A stretch of DNA of 64,000 bases from an uncultured Prevotella sp. (lineage in GTDB: Bacteria; Bacteroidota; Bacteroidia; Bacteroidales; Bacteroidaceae), in the NCBI GenBank assembly GCA_946614435.1, contig CAMOGW010000005.1, positions 23,147-87,146 of the forward strand, in the 5' to 3' direction. Shown in pieces: positions 58,966 through 64,000 of this stretch. Each line of letters begins with the position of its first letter. The stretch's first letter is position 1. Below the pieces are notes generated by a model. The model was not told where the DNA came from, searched no databases, and worked only from the letters and a program-made list of their open reading frames with translations. The translations under genes were made by a program, and so were the position numbers.

Positions 58966-60234
58966 ATGAAAGTATTAATGTTTGGATGGGAGTATCCTCC
59001 TCATGTATTCGGTGGACTCGCCACCGCTAACTACGGAATTTCGGAAGGACTGAAGGCTCAGGGCGACATGGACATTGCGCTCTGCCTGCCTCATCCCTTC
59101 GGCGACGAGAGTCAGCATGCCGCACGCATTATTGCCATGAACGCAGTGCCCATCGCATGGCGCGACGTGAATCGCGACTATGTGCAGCAGCGTGTGGGCA
59201 ACATCATGGATCCCGATGCCTACTTCAAGTATCGCGACCATATCTATGCCGACTTCAACTATATGAACGTGAACGACCTGGGCTGCATGGAGTTTGCCGG
59301 CGGCTATCCAGGCAACCTGCACGAAGAGATTAACAACTACTCCATCATTGCAGGCGTAGTGGCCCGCACCGAGGAGTTCGACATCATTCACGCTCACGAC
59401 TGGCTGACCTTCCCCGCTGGCATACATGCCAAGCAGGTGAGCGGAAAGCCCCTGTGCATACACGTGCATGCTACCGACTTCGACCGCTCGCGCGGCAAGG
59501 TGAACCCCACGGTCTATTCGATTGAGAAGAACGGAATGGACAATGCCGACTGCATCATGTGCGTGTCGGAGCTCACCCGTCAGACGGTCATCAACCAGTA
59601 TCATCAGGATCCGCGCAAGTGCTTCACCGTGCACAACGCCGTTTATCCGCTGCCTCAGGAGTATCAGGACATTCCACGTCCGGACCACACGGGCAAGGAG
59701 AAGGTGGTGACGTTCCTCGGTCGTATCACCATGCAGAAGGGACCTGAGTATTTCGTGGAGGCTGCCAACATGGTGCTGCACCGCACACGCAACGTGCGTT
59801 TCTGCATGGCTGGTTCGGGCGACATGATGGATGCCATGATCTATCTGGCTGCCGAGCGCGGCATTGCCGACCGCTTCCACTTCCCCGGATTCATGCGTGG
59901 CAAGCAGGTGTATGAGTGCCTGAAAGACTCTGACGTGTATGTCATGCCGTCGGTATCGGAACCCTTCGGCATATCGCCCCTTGAGGCAATGCAGTGCGGA
60001 ACGCCTTCGATCATCTCGAAACAGTCGGGCTGCGCCGAGATCCTGGAAAACTGTATCAAGGTGGATTACTGGGACATTCACGCACTGGCCGATGCCATCT
60101 ACAGTATCTGCGCTAACGAGTCGCTCTTCCACTACCTGAAGGATGAGGGCAAGAAGGAGGTCGATCAGATCACTTGGGAGAAAGTGGGCCGCTGGATTCG
60201 CACGCTCTACAGAAGGACATTAGGGTGGGAGTAG
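58966..60234 (+). CDS. GT4 glycosyltransferase (glycogen-synthase-like)
   Basis: GWEYPP...GGL, IHAHDW, GR...QKG, PSVSEPFGI..LEAM. Confidence 0.92.
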   Translation: MKVLMFGWEYPPHVFGGLATANYGISEGLKAQGDMDIALCLPHPFGDESQHAARIIAMNAVPIAWRDVNRDYVQQRVGNIMDPDAYFKYRDHIYADFNYMNVNDLGCMEFAGGYPGNLHEEINNYSIIAGVVARTEEFDIIHAHDWLTFPAGIHAKQVSGKPLCIHVHATDFDRSRGKVNPTVYSIEKNGMDNADCIMCVSELTRQTVINQYHQDPRKCFTVHNAVYPLPQEYQDIPRPDHTGKEKVVTFLGRITMQKGPEYFVEAANMVLHRTRNVRFCMAGSGDMMDAMIYLAAERGIADRFHFPGFMRGKQVYECLKDSDVYVMPSVSEPFGISPLEAMQCGTPSIISKQSGCAEILENCIKVDYWDIHALADAIYSICANESLFHYLKDEGKKEVDQITWEKVGRWIRTLYRRTLGWE

Positions 60235-60334
60235 CCCCCCTCAATCCCCCCTGGGGGGGATTATAGAATGTATAACAAAAAAGACCAAAGCCTCCGTTTA
60301 GGTCTTCCCCCCCAGGGGGGATAAGAGGGGGGCT
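60233..60334. repeat. REP-like inverted pair of C/G-run palindromes
   Basis: AG-C-run-TCAAT-C-run-T-G-run-A (60233-60260) and its near-inverse (60306-60334) around a ~45-bp spacer. Confidence 0.7.
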
Positions 60335-60340
60335 CCATTT

Positions 60341-61741
60341 ATGAAAACAATTTGCTTATATTTTGAAATACATCAGATTATTCATCTGAAGCGCTACCGT
60401 TTCTTCGACATCGGTACCGATCATTATTACTACGATGACTACGAGAATGAGCGTAGTATCAGCGACATTGCCGAGCGCTCCTACATGCCTGCACTGAACA
60501 CGCTGCAGCAGATGATCAAGGAGAACGGCCAGTACTTCAAGGTGGCTTTCTCGCTCTCAGGCGTGGGTATTGAGCAACTGGAGATGCATGCTCCACAGGT
60601 GCTCGAGAAACTGCAGGAGCTGAACGAGACGGGCTGCGTGGAGTTTCTTGCCGAGCCTTACAGCCACGGACTGTCGTCGCTGGCCAATGAGGAAAGCTTC
60701 GCACGCGACATTAAGAAGCAGTGCCAGAAGATGGAGGAATACTTCGGAAAGAAACCGACAGTGGCCCGTAACTCTTCGCTCATCTATAGCGACGACATCG
60801 GTGCTCAGATTGCCGCTTTGGGCTTCAAGGGCATGCTCACCGAGGGTGCCAAGCATGTGCTGGGCTGGAAGTCGCCTCACTATGTCTATAACTGCAACAT
60901 CGCTCCTAACCTGAAGCTGCTGCTGCGCGACGTGGAACTGAGTGACGACATCTCGCTGCGCTTCAACAACCGCGAGTGGGACGGTTATCCTCTCTTTGCT
61001 GATGCCTATATCGATCGCATCGCTCGTCTGCCCGAGGAAGAGCAGGTCATCAATATCTTCATGGAGCTCTCTGCACTGGGCATCGCTCAGCCGCTCAGCT
61101 CCAATATCCTCGACTTCCTCAAGGCACTGCCTGCCTGCGCAAGAGAGAAGGGCATCACCTTCGCTACTCCGACTGAGATCTGCCTGAAGACCAAGAGCGT
61201 GGGTGCGCTCGACGTGCCCGACACGCTGTCATGGGTCGATGAGGAGCGCGACGTGAGCTGCTGGCTGGGTAATGCAATGCAGCGCGAGGCTTTCAACAAG
61301 CTTTACTCTGTAGCCGACCGTCTGCTCATCGCCAATGACCCGCGCATCAATCAGGACTGGGACTATCTGCAGGCTAGCAACAACTTCCGCTTCATGACCA
61401 CAAAGCCCTCAAACGTAGGTCTCGATCGTGGCATATACAGCGGTCCGTTCGATGCCTTCACCAACTACATGAACATTCTGGGTGACTTCATCAACAGAGT
61501 GAACGCCCTCTATCCTGAGGAGATAGACAATGAGCAGCTGAACTCACTGCTCACCACCATTCGCAATCAGGGTGATGAGATTGAGCTGAAGGATAAGGAG
61601 ATTACTCGCCTGAAGGCAAAGTTGGAGAAACTGGAGGCAACAGACGAGAAGAAACCTGCCAAGAAAGCTGCAGCCAAGAAAACTCCAGGCAGAAAGCCAG
61701 CAAAGAAAAAGGAGAATGATGCTCCGAATGCAGGTGAATAG
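60341..61741 (+). CDS. GH57 family glycoside hydrolase (alpha-amylase-like)
   Basis: F.IHQ, SY.P, FS.SG..IEQ, E....PY.H.L, LSDDI..RF, SW.D.ERD.S.WLGN. Confidence 0.9.
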   Translation: MKTICLYFEIHQIIHLKRYRFFDIGTDHYYYDDYENERSISDIAERSYMPALNTLQQMIKENGQYFKVAFSLSGVGIEQLEMHAPQVLEKLQELNETGCVEFLAEPYSHGLSSLANEESFARDIKKQCQKMEEYFGKKPTVARNSSLIYSDDIGAQIAALGFKGMLTEGAKHVLGWKSPHYVYNCNIAPNLKLLLRDVELSDDISLRFNNREWDGYPLFADAYIDRIARLPEEEQVINIFMELSALGIAQPLSSNILDFLKALPACAREKGITFATPTEICLKTKSVGALDVPDTLSWVDEERDVSCWLGNAMQREAFNKLYSVADRLLIANDPRINQDWDYLQASNNFRFMTTKPSNVGLDRGIYSGPFDAFTNYMNILGDFINRVNALYPEEIDNEQLNSLLTTIRNQGDEIELKDKEITRLKAKLEKLEATDEKKPAKKAAAKKTPGRKPAKKKENDAPNAGE

Positions 61742-61796
61742 TTCTAAAGTGCAGAACGATTGAAAGAAACTGGCGGCTATTTCCGAATAGCTTCCA

Positions 61797-61846
61797 GTAA
61801 AACGAAGAGTCGCAGGCCATACATGGCCTGCGACTCTTCGTTTTAC
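61797..61846. terminator. Bidirectional terminator between convergent GH57 and GH2 genes
   Basis: Perfect 24-bp inverted repeat gtaaaacgaagagtcgcaggccat / atggcctgcgactcttcgttttac. Confidence 0.8.
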
Positions 61847-61890
61847 CAGTTACGTCCATTCAGTAATCGTTGTACGATTACTTCGGTGAG

Positions 61891-64000
61891 TTATTTCGCC
61901 TTAATCGTCAACCTTTGCTTCTTGAGCCCTTTGCCCTCAACGGTGATGGTGGTAGTGCCGCGTTTCCCGTTGCTTCTCACAACCAGCAATGCCCGACCGT
62001 GCCATGCATGATGGGCATTGTCGAAGTAAGCATCTTCGTCCTTGATGTCGGCATTGCCGAAAGCTTGAAGCGTAGCAGCACCTTTCACGGTGGCAGTCAG
62101 CAGATTGTTGGCAGTGGGATTCACCCGGCCATCCTTGTCTATCAGCTCAATCGTGATGAAGCAAAGGTCTTGCTTGTCGGCTGCCAGCATGGTGCGGTCG
62201 GCAGTCAGTCGTAGGGCAATGGGCTCGCCGGCTGTGTGAAGCTCCACTTGCTGACCTCCAGCTTCAGCACGCAACGTGCCTGTGGCGTAGGGAAGGGTGA
62301 ACACGGCTTTCATTTCGCTGGTAGCTTGTTCGCCCACCAGCTGATTGTTCAGGAAAAGTTTTGCGGAAGGATGCTTCGTATAGACCTCTACTTCGATAGG
62401 CTTCCCTTCATGGCCGGGCCAGTTCCAACTCTCAAACGTGGGCCAAGTGCCCCATAGTGTCTCTTTGATTTTGCCATGATAGCCGTCAGGTTCGCGAACG
62501 GCCATGAAGAGTTGTTCTTCGGGCTGGTCAGTCTTCGGAAGCTCATTGGCGCTCAGTGCTGAGTGCCACAACATGCTGCGATAGTGGGAGATGGGCTTGC
62601 GCAGGCCAGTGAGGTCAACGTCGCCGCAATAGGCAGCGTGCCATGGATAGAGAGGGCGCTCATAGTGCTCGCCCGGCACATCTCCTTTTCCCGACATATC
62701 ATTGCCCATCCGTCGCTTCTCGTAATACCACCGACCGATGCCCGATTCACCGATATAGTCGAGTCCGGTCCACACGAAGTCGCCAATCACGTATGGTTCG
62801 TTTATCACTTTCTGAAAGTTCTTCCATGCATCGCGGGGATAGCTCTCCGTCTGCATCATCACGCGGTTCGGGATGCGTTGGTGATCGCTCTCCGACTTGT
62901 GTATCATGTAGTTGTAGCCCACGATGTCATGTTCGGCAGCCAGTGGGTCGTAAATGTCCCAGTCATTGTCCCATGCGGCCAAGGCTGAAGTAACAGGACG
63001 GCATTGCGGATCGAGCTCGTGGCAGAGTGCGGCCATCTGGTGGGCGGTCTTCACCACTTCAATCTTCTTGCGCTCAATCACCTCATTGCCGATGCTCCAG
63101 CAGAAGATGCTGGGATGATTGCGGTCGCGTCGGATCATTGCCCCTAAGTCGCGCTGCCACCATTGGTCTATCAGCTCATGATAGTCATGGGCGTTCTTCT
63201 GCTCGCGCCATCCGTCGAAGGCTTCATCAATGACCAGCAAGCCTAATTCGTCGCAAGCACGCAGGAAAGCTTCAGAAGGAGGATTGTGAGAAGTGCGCAC
63301 GGCATTGAAGCCGGCAGCTTTCATCAACTCGGCTTTGCGGCGCTCGGCAGCATCGAATGCGGCTGCGCCGAGAATGCCGTTGTCGTGGTGGAGACAGGCT
63401 CCGTTCAGGCGAAGCGGCTGACCGTTGAGCAGCAGACCTCGCTGATCATTATAGCTGATGGTGCGCAGTCCGTAGCTGATGCTTAGACGGTCGTCGCCTG
63501 CTGACAATTCGGCTTCATAAAGATAAGGGTGGGCGGGCGACCAAAGTTGCGGATTCTCTATATGGATGGTGCGCTCAATGGGCGTGCGATCGCCCTGTTC
63601 TCCCACTACGTCGGCTTTAATATTGACGGTATGTGGATCGGGATTCGTCACGCAAACACTCCATTCGTCAATGTAGCTCATGGGCGTGGTGTAAAGCCAC
63701 ACGTTGCGATAGATGCCTGAGCCCGAATACCAGCGGCAGTTCTTCTGCTGGCTGTTATCTACACTGACTATTACTTCGTTTTGTCCTTGGTGCACAAACT
63801 TTGTCACATCAACCCAAAACGATGTGTAGCCATAGGGCCATCCGCCTGCCAGTTGGCCGTTCACATAGACGTGGGCATTCATATAGATGCCTTCAAAATA
63901 GAGCCGCAGGCGTTTGCCTTGGTGCTCAGCACCTAAGGTGAATGTCTTTTTATACCATCCTCGCCCGGTAGGCAGGTAGCCGCCGTCGTTGCCGGCTGGT
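61891..64000 (-). CDS. GH2 beta-galactosidase-like hydrolase (N-terminus lies beyond the window)
   Basis: FEGIYMN, RWYSGSGIYR, NAVRTSHNP, RDRNHPS...WSIGNE, FVWTG.DY.GE. Confidence 0.92.
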   Translation of the reverse strand, partial: PAGNDGGYLPTGRGWYKKTFTLGAEHQGKRLRLYFEGIYMNAHVYVNGQLAGGWPYGYTSFWVDVTKFVHQGQNEVIVSVDNSQQKNCRWYSGSGIYRNVWLYTTPMSYIDEWSVCVTNPDPHTVNIKADVVGEQGDRTPIERTIHIENPQLWSPAHPYLYEAELSAGDDRLSISYGLRTISYNDQRGLLLNGQPLRLNGACLHHDNGILGAAAFDAAERRKAELMKAAGFNAVRTSHNPPSEAFLRACDELGLLVIDEAFDGWREQKNAHDYHELIDQWWQRDLGAMIRRDRNHPSIFCWSIGNEVIERKKIEVVKTAHQMAALCHELDPQCRPVTSALAAWDNDWDIYDPLAAEHDIVGYNYMIHKSESDHQRIPNRVMMQTESYPRDAWKNFQKVINEPYVIGDFVWTGLDYIGESGIGRWYYEKRRMGNDMSGKGDVPGEHYERPLYPWHAAYCGDVDLTGLRKPISHYRSMLWHSALSANELPKTDQPEEQLFMAVREPDGYHGKIKETLWGTWPTFESWNWPGHEGKPIEVEVYTKHPSAKLFLNNQLVGEQATSEMKAVFTLPYATGTLRAEAGGQQVELHTAGEPIALRLTADRTMLAADKQDLCFITIELIDKDGRVNPTANNLLTATVKGAATLQAFGNADIKDEDAYFDNAHHAWHGRALLVVRSNGKRGTTTITVEGKGLKKQRLTIKAK

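Noticed and set aside
57004-61741. GDE-GT4-GH57 cluster as a novel system
   Set aside because: Common Bacteroidetes glycogen/alpha-glucan metabolism cluster

Overview
A 64-kb chromosomal window from a Prevotella-like Bacteroidales genome (inferred from recurrent TAnnTTTG -7 promoters, a T9SS-type C-terminal signal, and gldH/porE-like genes). Housekeeping blocks: metF-holB-PSP1-gldH; IMP cyclohydrolase-mreBCD-mrdA-rodA; folA/thyA; rsmF-like; guaA; miaA; DAG-kinase-like; Crp; a glycogen cluster (GDE, GT4, GH57); partial GH2. Accessory content: (i) an HMA/TonB-receptor/DUF4876/DUF6850/FMN-binding operon; (ii) a large C10 protease; (iii) a ~6.7-kb AT-rich island upstream of guaA, bounded by an 18-bp direct repeat, with a decayed tyrosine integrase, an XRE regulator, AbiH, a WG-repeat/DEDDh exonuclease fusion and YhcG; (iv) an ~8-kb island between miaA and the lipid kinase. 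The second island holds the best candidate novel system: a SIR2-like/TIR protein coupled to a membrane-anchored nSTAND1 ATPase with 13 near-identical, site-hypervariable WD40 repeats. Several small non-coding repeat families were read directly from the sequence: ~105-bp units sitting in promoter -7 motifs, ~30-bp hairpin mini-inserts, 22-bp palindromic arrays, heptamer tracts and a REP-like pair. No rRNA, tRNA or CRISPR array was seen. Product calls come from recognised motifs only; no database search was run.
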